Positions 24,784 to 37,564 are shown, counted from the first letter of the whole stretch. The stretch: DNA of 63,256 bases, filler included, from Sphacelaria rigidula (GCA_964200075.2; 9 parts of 9 records of this genome joined end to end with filler, not necessarily neighbours in it); one strand, 5' to 3'. The notes: generated from the letters alone by a model not told the origin. Program-made: numbers and translations.

Positions 24784-24785
<2 letters not shown>

Positions 24786-25404
24786 CATCGCAGACGGTCC
24801 GCGTTTCGACCGTGCGACAACACCCATGCACCTTGCGAGTGATGGTCACTGTGCTGGACAGCGCTGGTACGTGCTACCCGCCGATGGGTCCATGCTTGCT
24901 TACTCGGCGAGGTTCTGGGAAAAATAGCTGTGCGTATCTCTCTGGGGGAGCTGTGCACGTGGAGCGTATCTGTTTCCCACGCGTGGATACTGCTGGTGGT
25001 GGGGTGAACCCAGCGTGGCTACTGGTAGTGACGGGATCCCAACTGTCTGTCCCATGAAGAGTTCAACAGCCCACTCCCTCCAACCATGTCATGTTCCTCT
25101 TCGCATTCTCACGCGAGTGTCCCTCCGCTCTCACGAAAATTAATTTCCCAAACATGATATTTCGTGAGAGTGATTTTGGGGGAGGTGAGACTGTGGCATC
25201 AACTCACACCCAATCGGGATCATGGAAAAAAAAAAAATCCCCAACCGTCATAATCACTGTCACTATCACGTCGCGTTCTCACTTTTTTGGACTCGATAAA
25301 ACGGGCCCTACGGCGAAAACGGAGAAACAGTAGTGGAGTGCATTTTATTATAGTGGTGGGCGCCTGAACTATTTTGAGTGTTTTTTGGCGCAGGGCCCAC
25401 ATTT

Positions 25405-25762
25405 GATGTGTGTGTGTTGTCGTCCCATCTAGTCTGAGCGCCGGTCTACACCTTTCGGTACGTGTGGGCACACCAGCCGGGGCCACACAGGGAGGTCAAT
25501 ACAGGAGCTTTTTCTTTTTTATTTGTTTTGAGTACCCCACCACCTTCCTTCTGCGGGGCTTGCGTTTATTTTTTATTGCAAGAGGGATTTAGCGGTCCCT
25601 TTCCCTCGTCGACCGTTAAGTAAGATTTTGAGTACCCACGACATGGTCGCTCTCCACTGTTGTTGGGTATTGTGTGAGAAAAAAATCCAGATCGCTCCGA
25701 GAATTGAACCCACGACCCATCCGCCCGAAGGTGTCCAGGTTACCAACTGAGCCACCGGGTCG
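25405..25762 (-). mobile_element. tRNA-derived SINE-like element, family A (about 360 bp)
   Basis: The head GACCCGGTGGCTCAGTTGGTAA (A box) ... GGTCGTGGGTTCAATTCTC (B box) is followed by a body shared with 21240-21485 and an (AC)n tail. Confidence 0.7.
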
Positions 25763-25784
25763 ACCGGCATATAATGCAAAGGAC

Positions 25785-26271
25785 TACGACATTAGTGGCG
25801 AGATTTTTTCACCCATCAAGGCCTTCCAATACACGAAAATGCGTCGACCTTTCACCGATCATATGAGAGAAACGAATGGTGTTTTGAGTGGCAAAATGCT
25901 GTTATTGGCCCACACACCACGCCGCTGCGAGTCAGACAGCTGCTACCGTAAATCGCTGGGAATACAGCAGCTCCGTGCTGGCTCACTTTGTTTGCCCCAA
26001 CCTGCACGCACCCGCCTTGTGTGTCTTTTCCGGTCACGGCACCCCACTACAACTAAAGTACAAGAAAAGACCCAACAGATAGCTGCACAGCCGTCGCGTC
26101 ATCGTTTGAACTTTGTGTAGACGGCACTTTGATTCCACCCCAGTTTTCCCCTGACCTCACACGGGGCATCAGTTTTTGCCGAGTGCCAATTTTTCAACGC
26201 TCGGCCATAATAGCGCTTGCGCAAAAACCGTTTAATTCACTTTGAATTACCCTCATCTATGGGAGGTGAGC
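25785..26271 (-). mobile_element. Internally deleted inverted copy of the 10983-11905 element
   Basis: Ends CCCTCATCTATGGGAGGTGAGCC (reverse complement of 10983-11004). It shares the QPARTRLxCL and KYTKMR blocks. Confidence 0.8.
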
Positions 26272-26825
26272 CAGATGAATACGCCTACGCTCAAACATTC
26301 GACGGGCCACTGTCAGCGCCACGTACACGGTAACGTCACGCGTTACACGACATGGACAGACTGAAACGTCAAGTTCGAACTTTACACGTGTCAATGAAAC
26401 GTTATGTCGAACACGTGACACGAACCGTTTCATATTACGTGACATGTAAGGAATCGTAGCTTTGATTATTTTTCAACGTGCTAAACGAAATGTGAACGTC
26501 ACGTGCAATTTTTTTCAACGTTCCAACCGAAACGTAACCTGAACGTTGGTTTTTCACATGTCGGACGAATCATTACTCGTCGAAACGAGTGCACTCATGA
26601 ATGTTTTTTGAAAACACAACGAGCATGACTCGTGTGCTCGAGTCACTAATTCTTTTACAACGAGCAACGACTCGTGTGCGCGAGTCATTCAGTTTGTTCG
26701 CAACGAGTCATTCAGTTTTTTTACAACAGGCAATGACGCGTGTGCTCGCCCTATAAATGTACTACTCGAGAGATACTATCCGCCGCTTAAGTACAACTCC
26801 GATCTGTGGGTGGGGGAGGGGGAGG

Positions 26826-26897
26826 TGTACTCATGATCATGCATGCCATAGTTATCAGACCATTGACCTCGCATCCCTACAAAGCCGGGACGGAGCA
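26826..26897 (-). mobile_element. LINE 3'-end variant between G-runs
   Basis: The reverse complement reads C8-TGCTCCGTCCCG...GGGATGCGAGGTCAATGGTC...ATGAGTAC-ACCTCCCCCTCCCCC. Confidence 0.65.
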
Positions 26898-28060
26898 GGG
26901 GGGGGTGCTTGGATATAATGAAGACGAGCGTTGGATCTTGAAGCGTACATGTGCAGATATGCATGAGAACTTGGAAGATTCTAGGTTCAAGCTCGTCGAA
27001 GAGCTCATTATAACTGTTTGCTCGTCGGATTGCTGACTCCTCCACTCGAGTCGTTCATCACGAGCAATGACTCGAGTACTCGCCCTAGTAATTTTCGGCC
27101 AACGAGCAACCCAAGGAGTGCAAGTACCACGAGTCATACTTGTCCTCGTCCGACGTGTGTAATTTTTACAAACGTAATGAACTACTCGGCCGAAGTTTTA
27201 GTTGACTAGGTACGGTTTCAACACTATACTCGGATATTGGGTGAAGGCCGCGTCGTTGCGCATCATTTTTCGATAAAAAAATAGAAGTACGGTGGAACAA
27301 TTTCTCGCGAGTTGTGTCCGAGCGAGTTGTTTGAGCTTTAGATCGAGAAAATACTGAAATTCGTGAAGCGGCAATTGGTTCGCTTGTCTGCAATTCAGTT
27401 CTGTACTGTCTGCGCCGTGTGCATCCAGTGTGCCGGAGTGTGTGTGCGTGTTTGGTATAGCAGTAGGAGGTGAAGAAAAACGATTGTACTCTCTGCATAC
27501 AGTGAGACTTGAAAGAGACTGTTGAATAACGTGCAGCTTCGTACTGCCTGCACTTTCTGTGAGTGCATGCAAATCGTTCGTCCGCCGTACCAGGCAGTTC
27601 CGTCGCTGATGCCTTTCGTAAAAAAAAATGCTCAAGTTTTCGTCGACAAAAAATAAACACATCATACCCAACTTGTGCAGTGTATCTATTCCTGTGCCCA
27701 ACTCGTGCCCCAAGCTGCAGGGTTGCAGTGGTAGCTGAAAATGAGTTGTGTGGGGTTGCATTGTTCTGTAAATGGGTGGTATCTGTCGTGGTGGTCCGCG
27801 AGATGGGAGTAAAGTGCCCCTTCGCACCCTTCCTCCGCAGATTTTCGATCGAAAAAGCCAAGGGCAGGTTGGATAGGGGGTGTACTTTTGAATACTCGGG
27901 CAAAATACCCGAGTATTTTCTTTACCCAAGGCATTGGGTAGATTGGGTACGACCTCAAATACTCGACTCGAATTTTGCGTAGGTTGCGTACGTCCTCAAA
28001 TACTCTGCTCGAATATTGGGTAAGCACTCTCAGCAAAACCTTGCAAGGGTCGGACAAATA

Positions 28061-28160
28061 NNNNNNNNNNNNNNNNNNNNNNNNNNNNNNNNNNNNNNNN
28101 NNNNTTAATTAATTAANNNNNNNNNNNNNNNNNNNNNNNNNNNNNNNNNNNNNNNNNNNN
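28061..28160. other. Artificial contig spacer
   Basis: N44-TTAATTAATTAA-N44. Confidence 0.99.
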
Positions 28161-28189
28161 CGTCATCAGAGGGTTGAAGGGGGGGGGGT

Positions 28190-28256
28190 CGTACTCATTT
28201 GTTGCTTGCCTTAGTCATTTGACCATTGATCACGCATCCCTTTCGAGACGGAGCAC
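28190..28256 (-). mobile_element. 5'-truncated LINE 3' end followed by C10
   Basis: G10-TCGTACTCATTTGTTGCTTGCCTTAG...GAGACGGAGCA. Confidence 0.8.
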
Positions 28257-31200
28257 AAATATAGACACTCGAGATTAGCGGTGAAACCTGTTACGGTTCA
28301 TCGTTAGAACCTAGATCGTACCAGTGACATAATTTGGAACATTCATCGTAGAATAATGGATAGCTCATGTACTGTACAGCTCATATACAGAAAATCAGGA
28401 TATTGTCAGAATAGTGAAGAGTTAAGTACGAAGAGTCTAAGGCATCAACATGTTGGAATATATATATATATATATGTGTGTGTTGTTATCGTGACTTGTG
28501 TACAAAATGCACAGTGTACACTCTGTCAACGTGAAGAGAACAATTGGTTCAACTTATGAACCCAGTTCTGACAAGAGAGCTCGCAGAGGCTGCACAGTGT
28601 TGGTTAAACACTTGCTTGTGCAATAAAAGCAAATACGTTCTTAAACTTGGCGCTTCGATTGGCCGAAGTCAAATCAAACAAAACCAGGCTTACTTGAGGT
28701 GTGTACCTTTGGAGAGTAGTAGCAGCAAATCGACGCCAGGTCAGTGATTGTGTGTGTGTTGACCACATGACACGATACTGGAAACTGTACATCGCAACGC
28801 CGCTGACTCTGTCGTCAACGTTGTAGGCGCTGTCTTTCGGTATAATACAGTTCTCCCGATTTCCCGGGAGAAGAAAAAAGCCAGCCGGCCGTTGGGCGTC
28901 GAACGGCATTTCAGGTAGACCGCAGGTGGGCGGTTGTTGTGGCATTTTAGCACGACCCCTGCAAGAAGGCACCTCCGGGGAAGCGCCGGCGGTGATTTTT
29001 GGAGGATCCTTCGCTGGTCCGCGTAACCCGCCCCTGTTGGGGTCGGCCGAGGACTGCCAGCGGTCGCAACCCACGGAAAGTTCATCGAACCAACGACCGT
29101 GTAGCAAGGGGAAAAGGTAAAAAACACGGGCCGGAGCCGCGTGTCGACGTGGATGCTGAGTTCGGCCGATAGGAGGTACGTTGGTCACAAGAATTAACGT
29201 GGTTCGAATCGAACCATGACGTCGGGAGATACCACCCCCCGACTGCCCGCACTGGAGTAATAGGAGTCCGCCAGGGATCATACACCACGACAAGACCATT
29301 TAACAACAACATCGCCCAAGTCTCGAATCAACGAAGAGCCCGAATTGGAAGCTAGGAGGCACTGCGATCGCGAGATTGGCGTGCACTTCATTTCGGAACA
29401 ACTTTGGCAGCAGTCTGAGGTTCAACCCTGAGGTCCCGGCCTAAATCCCGGCACTATGCAGCAGCGGAGACCACAATAGGGACAACCTGAGACAGGAATG
29501 GAGGGGTTGTACACTGCGTGGGTACGCACACCATAACCGGGGAAGGAGTAGAGTCGGACAGAGCAGGAAAGTTGTACCTGCCTGTGAGAAAAGACAGACA
29601 TCGGGCCAACAAACAAGACAACAGTAACAACCACGCTCGCGGGAGTTGCGCCATCTAGGTTTTTCATCAAACTGTTGCGGAGCAACAATAACATATTTTT
29701 AAAAAGTGAAAAGTGGGGCGCTGAAACGGTGAACACGGGTAACGTGGTTACCTCAAGGGTGTTTCAGTCAAATAAAATAAGGTAAATAATTCCGCAATTG
29801 AGGATAGGCTACGACCCAGCACATCACACGAAAGCACCGAGCGCGCAATGCGCAGAAGCCTTCACGAGTATATATAGCCTGTGTGCATCACGTACTACCG
29901 ACAACACCAGCGACACCGCGTTCAGTTCAATCTAGCCATCGATGTCAGAGCAGCGAACTGTGAACATGAAAGAGGACGGTATAGTACACCAGTACAGCCA
30001 GTACAGTACGGCACAGTACAGGGCATGCTTGGGAAGGCTAGTGTAGTTCACCGCAGTTGGGCTACATTACATCTATTCATGGTTGACACTTTTTACGTCC
30101 ATCGCCAACCCTAACTCTACTCCTGACCCAAGGCACACCGAGAAGCTTCGGACTATGCAGATGCATAGAGCACACGCTAGGAGCACAAGGGACCGTCAAG
30201 CCCCACTCCAGATCCGATTATCTCGGTGTTCACACTCAGAGTAAAGAAATATGATCTGGGGGTAGGTTGTAGCTCAACTTCGGCGACTTTTTCGGTCTTG
30301 TTTGTATATATGCCAAGACAGCATTACACAGCACTACACAGTATTGTACGCATAGCGCAGCGCAATTGAGACATGAAAGCCGGAGAAAGCGTGCCCGCCC
30401 TGCCGCGAAAGAAGGGTACAGATACAGAAGCCGCAGAGGATGTGTGGATATACGATGGACGCGTGCGTCTCCCAGCAGCGCATACTGTGCCCGCGGCCAT
30501 GGTAACGAGCATCACGCACCCACTTGCAGCCACCCTTTAAATTTAAAGTGCATGTACCCGTTGGGCTGTAGGCAGCTCTGAACCGTAACCTGCTGTGCTT
30601 GTGAACGCCGAAAAAGAAAAGGGGGCAAAAGTTTACTTCTCGAGTGTGTACTTCTTTTTTTCTTGTAGGAGATGCTCGACTCTACGAGGAGTCAAGTTTC
30701 TCCACCAATCCCGCAATGATCAGGTGGTTGACATCTAGCGTTCTTCATACGAATTCACCGTTTCTACGAAAGTGGAGGCCGCGTGAGTTCCGTCGCAAAA
30801 GATGAATCTGTGACCCGCCATTTCTTTCTCGACGGGCAATAACGGGGCCGTTCCACAGAGAATGGCAGCGTACACTATTTCATCCCTTCGACCACCATGG
30901 CAGGCCGGGAAATCCGTCATCTGAGTCTTGTAGTAATTCTTCAAGTAAAAACGGGGTTGGACTTACAGTATACAGATGGCTTACCATCTGGCGGTTGATG
31001 GAAAGGCAGCGAGCGTCATGTGTACAGAATCACGATCATTTCCACTGAAGAGAGGTCGTCAGAAGCTGAACGTCTAACTCAGGCACCACAAGGCTGTAGG
31101 GACGCCTTCTCCACGACCAGACGAAACGAGATGTAGAGACCAGTCGTTTATCGAGGACGGAGTGGTCTCCGTGGCGTCATGTATATTGGCTACAGTACCA

Positions 31201-31635
31201 CACTCCGTACAGACGGACCTGATACGATCCACTACATATATGTATAGGAACTTTTTTTTACCCGTGCACGTCCAGCGGCCAGGCCAGGGTGGGTCATCTC
31301 TTGAGCGGACATCAGTTTTACTTGAAGAATGTCTCGAGAACGCAAATAGCTGTAGACTACCCATGCCCGCCAGAGGGTCGCGAGCACGGAAGATATAAAA
31401 AGCAAGAGTCTCGGCGATTGACGCATTTTTCCCGACATCATCGTCAGAAAACAGACAATTCATTCTTTGAGGAAAACAAAACAAACGAGACAAATGACCG
31501 AGCACACCCCCCCAAGGCACAAAACTTTCACTTTGTGGGGTGGGCGGGGTGGGTATCGCAGCGATCATTGACCGCGCTTGTTGAGGAATCTCTGTGTTGG
31601 AGCCGACTATTTGCTTCGGAGGAGATACATCATTC

Positions 31636-31737
31636 ACCCCTGGACCGCGGTGCGGGTAGTCCATCCGGATGTAGCAAAATCCTCCAAGGGAATATTGGCG
31701 CCCATGCGGGAGGTGGCCTACCCGCGCAGTCACAGGG
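31636..31737. mobile_element. Diverged about 100-bp piggyBac-type MITE
   Basis: CCCTGGACCGCG..GGGTAG ... CTACCCGCGCAGTCACAGGG|TTAA. Confidence 0.5.
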
Positions 31738-32927
31738 TTAAGCCGTGATTTCAGCTCGGCCGAAGTGGTGCTGTGGTAGCAACAATGGAGAGGTCTTGAT
31801 TTGCAACAAAAGCATCACTTCGTATGACCACATCTCATGAAGGTTATTTCACGGTCGAAAACTCACTTTCATGATGACCGTGTGCTCGTATAAAACGGAG
31901 GGAGCGCTTTTCAGTTCGCTCGCAAGACACAATTACACAACCATGATGACCGCTAATCGACTATCGCACAGACAAGGTCGTGAGAACTGACTGTACGAGA
32001 GGTTTCAACTAACTGCCGGCAAAGGCAGCGGCGTTTTTCGGCATTCTTAAACGCTAGACCGAGTCGCGCCGAACAAAACTCGAGAAATTTGAAAATAAGA
32101 GAACAGTTGACAGCCGAGGCCAGAACGGCGAGCAAAACGCGGGAAAATCACACGACTCTGGCAGCGACCACTAGGAGTGTGGATGAACAAAGCACTGTTC
32201 CTATGACCCCGCGCAAGCGATACTGTCGGCGACGCAAAAAAAGACAATAACACCACCTGTATCGAGCCGCGCTCCTCAAGTAATCCAACAGAGTAACCAT
32301 GTACCTCTCTTAGATTGAATCCTGCTCGACCCGAACGGGAAATGAAGCCATCAGGGGCACCCGAGGTCCTTTCCACACGACGCAACCCGCGCCAGCCTCC
32401 GTCCCACATTTCCGCGATATTATTTGTCTTTGGATCAGACCCACCAACAACACCTATTCCCGCCGACCGACACTACACCAGGGTAATCGTGAGACGTCGC
32501 CTTCCACTCCAGTACGAGTTCAGGCGTGACGCTGGTCAAAACACAGTCGGTCCGGCGAGAGATGTCACGGTCATGTCGTCCGACGGGGATGGGGGCAAGC
32601 CGGTATGTGACGGTACGTGACGCCACGGGATCCCTCGCGTGGTGCAGGAATGATGACCTGTCTACAGTACCGTGCCCGGTCGTTTCTTCACTTGTTCTTT
32701 CGGACTTCATCCTTCAACCAGACAAAAACAAACGAACAAAATACATGACCCAACTCGAGATCGAAAAGGCGTCCGCCTAAAAACAACTAGTAGGTCTCTC
32801 ATCAATAAAGAGTCAAAACATACGACCGGCCAGACTCCAAGGGACCCAAATTATTCTATTTCGGAGGAATGTGGTATGACATTGACCCGGGCCTCGCACC
32901 ACACAGTGCACACACAGTCGGCATCAA

Positions 32928-33025
32928 CCCTCAGACCGCGAGGGTAGTTCATTTGGATCATGGCTTATATTTTCAAGTGAAATTGAAGCCGATTCGACAG
33001 ATGACCTGCTCTCGCTGTCTGAGGG
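32928..33025 (-). mobile_element. About 98-bp piggyBac-type MITE (inverted copy)
   Basis: CCCTCAGACCGCGAGGGTAG ... CTCGCTGTCTGAGGG. The interior is the reverse complement of the 33445 copy. Confidence 0.8.
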
Positions 33026-33444
33026 TTGGGTCAGTCAATCATCGTCATAGGACTCCGAGTCTACCCGATCAAATTTGATTGCGGGCAGGTGACGGGCAGG
33101 TGACGGGCCGTATGATCTGCAGCCATAGCAGCTTAGCAGTGGGGGTTCGAACTTTTTGAACGATTGTTCAGTGCATGATACAATCCACACCAGATAGTTT
33201 CAGTGATTTCATGAAATTCCCTGGATGCAGGGCAAACTCGTATGCCACAACACGCCCCCAGGCGAATGATGTCATGTCCTTAAACGGGCAGGGTCCTTCA
33301 TCCGCCACAAAAAGTACGCTGCGACGCCCCCGAAAGATTTTTGTGGAAAAATATACTGTACTGTGTTCTAGTCTGGACACGGGCATGCGGATTCTTTTAA
33401 GGCTTTTTGCAGTTCCCAACTGCCCCTACCACCCCATCTTTCAA

Positions 33445-33643
33445 CCCTTAGACCGCGGGGGTAGGTCATCTGTTGAATCGGCATCAATTTCACTCGAAAA
33501 AAGTATTCGTATTCCAGATAGACTACCCTCGCGGTCTAAGGGTTAACCCTCAGACCGCGAGGCTAGTCTTCTGTTGAATCGGCATCAATTTCAAGTGAAA
33601 AAAGTATGCATGATCTTAAAAGATTAATCTCGCGGTCTAAGGG
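33445..33643 (+). mobile_element. Tandem dimer of about 98-bp piggyBac-type MITEs sharing one TTAA
   Basis: TCAA|CCCTTAGACCGCG...CGCGGTCTAAGGG|TTAA|CCCTCAGACCGCG...CGCGGTCTAAGGG|TTAA. Confidence 0.88.
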
Positions 33644-34317
33644 TTAACGCGCACAGCAGCATGTTTATTATTGTGCAATTCAGCGCCGATCTGATCCATG
33701 CCTGCCAATGCACCCTCCGGATTCGTAGGGCGTCCATTCTCTGCCCCCCTTCCCCTTGCAGGCCTCGATGAATGTCTCACGGTAACTCATGCAAAGTTCG
33801 CGGTGGGTGTACATGATGGAACGCAGCTAGTCGGTCTCTCTTCGCCTCAGGATTGAAGGCTAGCCTTCGTCGATGGTGAACAACTACACAGCACAGAGCG
33901 ACACCTAAAATGTGTGCTAGTCGTCGGCTTTTTTTTTCCAGGGTGCGGGCATACGACATGTCTTCGAAACTGCAGCATGAGCACGATGGTTGGGCGCAGC
34001 AAACAGAGAGATGCAGGCATAACGACTGACAGTGGTCGTCTACGAAAGGACGTACACTGGTCGTTTACGGCACGGGTTGGGAAAACAGTGGGCAAGAGTT
34101 CACGACCCGAGGGAGTGCAGATTCAGTACTTCAAGGCCAAGTGTGACCAGGGGTGAAGTATGTGCCGGGAGGGCGAGATGGCTTCATCCCTCGACAATAC
34201 CGGCTTGTCCCGAGGAAGGGACGGGGATGGCGGCACCGGTACAACGAGACTAATATTAGTATATATTTCGATTACGGCACACTGATGGATTAGGGTTAGG
34301 GTGACCCCGGCTAGTAA

Positions 34318-34798
34318 AGTACACGCTGACCTTCACCCCTACATCAACAATTACGAAGGCAGACCTCGAAACCTCGAACGATGGAAGATCAACAATATGA
34401 TTACCCATAGCGAAAGCGTGTGCTCCAGTCGGAGGTTGGACTCGAGGGGGGAAAACAAGGGGTGCCGTGCCGTGAAGTACAGGTATCTCTTGCATCCCAG
34501 GGAAGGGATCCGACTCAATTCCAAGTAGAGAAGCTGTATGAACAGCAACTGAATTAGGTAGGGGCTGTTGGGTACAGGGCAGTACACACTAGCCCTCACC
34601 GTTACCCTGACGAAGGCAGACCTCGAAACCTCAAACGACGGGAGATCACAAATATGGTTACCCATGACGAAAGTGTGTGATTAAACCGGAGCCTGGACTC
34701 GAGAGAAAAAACCAAGGCATGCGATACCGAAGAGTACACGTGCTCCCTGCATCCCAGGGAAGGGATCCCACTCAAGTCAAGTAGATAAGCCGTTTGAA
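34318..34798. repeat. Tandem duplication, period about 263 bp
   Basis: ACGAAGGCAGACCTCGAAACCTC...GCATCCCAGGGAAGGGATCC occurs twice. Confidence 0.88.
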
Positions 34799-34910
34799 GA
34801 TACAAGGAGCGCCTGAGCTCGCAAACTCTACTGTAGATACTGGCTTGATGTCAGGAGAACAAGATAAAATTCACCCATGACATACGATGCTACCACGAGA
34901 GGAGATTCAA

Positions 34911-35010
34911 TCCTAAGACGGCGAGAGTAGGTCATCTAAATTGAATCGGCATCAACTCAACTTGAAAAAAGCTTGCACGATCCAGAAAGACTACCCTCGC
35001 GGCCTCAGGG
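34911..35010 (+). mobile_element. About 100-bp piggyBac-type MITE (diverged)
   Basis: GTAGGTCATCT..TTGAATCGGCATCAA...GACTACCCTCGCGGCCTCAGGG|TTTA. Confidence 0.75.
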
Positions 35011-35100
35011 TTTACGACGACGACGACGACGGGGGGGGGGGGGGGGGGGGGGACCCTACCTCTTGGCGGGCCAGTTACGTGGGGTTTTCCGCCGTTTTGT

Positions 35101-35200
35101 NNNNNNNNNNNNNNNNNNNNNNNNNNNNNNNNNNNNNNNNNNNNTTAATTAATTAANNNNNNNNNNNNNNNNNNNNNNNNNNNNNNNNNNNNNNNNNNNN
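35101..35200. other. Artificial contig spacer
   Basis: N44-TTAATTAATTAA-N44. Confidence 0.99.
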
Positions 35201-35295
35201 TTGCAACTGACCAAATAAAAAATGTCCCCGGTGGGGGGGTGGGAAGGCCCCTTGACCCAAAAAAAGAGGCAAGGGGGGGGGGGGGGGGCGGGGGG

Positions 35296-35405
35296 CGTAC
35301 TCATTTGTTGCTTGCCTTAGTCGTTCGACCATTGACCACGCATCCGTTTCGAGACGGAGCACCGCTCCTACTCCTGATAGAGACACACCTCCTACATTCT
35401 AGCGT
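35296..35405 (-). mobile_element. 5'-truncated LINE 3' end followed by a long C-run
   Basis: G-run, then CGTACTCATTTGTTGCTTGCC...CTCCTGATAGAGAC. Confidence 0.8.
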
Positions 35406-35862
35406 TCCCAGACATTTGTTTTTCCGGGGGGATAGGGTGGGGGGGGGGTTATATCTGGGCAAAAATGAAATGGAGACTTGAGTGTTGTTGATTGGGCGGT
35501 CTAGATAAACGGGGAAGGGTGTGTGAAGTACTCAGCCCCGGTGGCCACCAGAAAAAAGTCGAGGGCACAGCAGTAAATGATTGGGCATGAGCATGTTTGC
35601 AGTAAATATATCACATTTTTATGAGATGGATGATGAGTATCATGGAGCACGAACAACGTTGATGGTAACCGCGATGAATGATGGATGTAATGGATGATGA
35701 CCACGACGGATGATTGACCACATATTCAGTGATCGACCGCAGTTGATGGTGAACATAGTGGATGATTATAATCACGGATGACCAGCGTACTGGATGGCGA
35801 ACGAGATGAAAAGAAAACGTGACCAACGGATGAACACGAAAAATGATGCCGACAACACGCAG

Positions 35863-36030
35863 GAACTTGTCCTTCACGACATCCCCTTCAACCTGGGAGA
35901 TAAGCGGCGCTACAGCGGAGTCGGGGGTATCCAAGCGTACGTCTCGTACCTCGAAGAGTGCGTGTTGATGCCTGAGCTGAGGTTCTCCGATCCCGGGGAA
36001 AGGTGGCGCATTGTTGCGAGGGTGCTGCAG
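35863..36030 (+). CDS. NUP205: Nucleoporin NUP205, internal exon
   Basis: CAG|ELVLHDIPFNLGDKRRYSGVGGIQAYVSYLEECVLMPELRFSDPGERWRIVARVLQ|GTGCGT (168 nt). It parallels the Nup205 PxNLG...PYLxF...ExWxVA segment. Confidence 0.8.
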
Positions 36031-36889
36031 GTGCGTGCTATGTTGTTGTACTCCAACGAAGCAGTACTCGGCGCCCTGGGGTGTTGAACCGAGTTGTCGT
36101 TGGGATGTTGATTGTACTCCGCAAGATGTTGTTCCTCACGTATTTTGTACAGCAGGTACCCTAGGGGATTGTTTGTTAGTCTTGGGGGGGAAAGGGGTTG
36201 ATGAAGTCGCAGTATGGAGAGATCATGGCGGAGCTTGATGGTTGGAATGCATGCACACGCGGGTCGTGCTGTGTTGACGAAGCTTGAAATATTTGTTGCA
36301 AAAATTATCACAGGAGGGCAAAAAGCAGGTTACTTGATTGAATCGAAGCAACATGAACAAACCGTAAAAACAACGATCGATTTTGTGCGTAACGCTGAAG
36401 CAGTGTATGAACGTTGAACGTCGTACAGCTGCAGCAACGTGTCCTATTTTCCATTACCCATGCCCGTCTCACTATTTGCTTGTATTATCTATTTTCACGC
36501 TTTGTTCGTATTGATTTTAGTATAAGCACATGGTTTCCAAGTGCACTTCAGGTGCTTGCACAGCAGAGGCCTTCAGTCTGGACCCCCGCGCGCGCATGCG
36601 CATGCGCATCCTCTATTTCAATTAGATTTTTTCTTTTCTTGTCATGAGTCATTATCCATAGAAGGTCGGACTCTGGCGAATCTGTGATCATACATCCATT
36701 TGTTTAGAAATTCCAGGCTTGAGCTATACCCATCTCTCGTCAAAACATCTTTCATAATCGCGTTGTGTATTCATCTCTGCCGAAAGCTTCCCATCGTAGT
36801 TTACAATATATGCTGTCACGCAAGGTCGTATTGACCCCCGCCCGTTTGCCCTATTTCGCTTCTTCCTGCCCCCTGCTTGCAAAGCACAG

Positions 36890-37054
36890 GTGATGGTGAC
36901 TCTGCTCAGACGATATCCCTTGACCAAGGCGGGGGAAGCAGGCCCTGGGGGAAGCGGCAATCTGTCGACTGGGCACGATGAGGAACAGTGTACGCTGGAC
37001 TTCGCCACGGGAACCTCGGCACAGGTGAGGGCTGCGGTGCTTTCAGAAGAACAG
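36890..37054 (+). CDS. NUP205: NUP205 internal exon (donor at 37024 or 37054)
   Basis: CAG|VMVTLLRRYPLTKAG... continues the previous exon in frame (LLxxYxP motif). There are two in-frame GT donors. Confidence 0.75.
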
Positions 37055-37195
37055 GTAATAAAGCGCGTACGGTGCGGGCGGAGCGAGAAAGAATAATCCA
37101 AATTCTCCCAAATGGGAAAGTTGTTGCTTAATTTTTCTGACCCGAAGAGGCGTGACATATTACCACTTTTTATTTTCGTATTTATTCATGTATTC

Positions 37196-37564
37196 CACGG
37201 TTAAGACGAATGAAATCGTGATTCAACTCATGTACATCATTCCAATGAATGAATAATACGATTCGTACATCATTTGTAATTTGTACAGGTTTGGAGCTCT
37301 TGAGTCGTGCAGTACACCGTCAAACGTATATGTTTCCCACCGTCGGGTTCATGCGGGACGAAGAGTCGGCACATGGTTAAATCCTCTCAATTCATGATCT
37401 TCGAATCACGCGTACTCTTCTCCCATCTGTAATACGCTGGCGATGACTCCTGCATATGTTATTCACCCTCGGGTTCATGCGGGACCAACAGTCGGCAAAT
37501 GGTTGAATCCCATCATTTCATGAGGAGTCAACCCGTCAACCCGATGAAGTCTAATTCGTCCTAG
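37196..37564. mobile_element. About 365-bp MITE (TIR CACGGTTAGGACGAAT), copy 1
   Basis: Starts CACGGTTAAGACGAAT and ends ATTCGTCCTA. Colinear with copy 2. Confidence 0.8.

Noticed and set aside
24793-24927. Possible exon (GPRFDRATTPMHLASDGHCAGQRW)
   Set aside because: The splice-like sites are plausible, but the frame is ambiguous, there are no partner exons and I recognise no family with confidence.
25690-25762. Functional tRNA gene
   Set aside because: A and B boxes are present, but I could not form convincing acceptor and anticodon stems, and it is attached to a dispersed repeat body.
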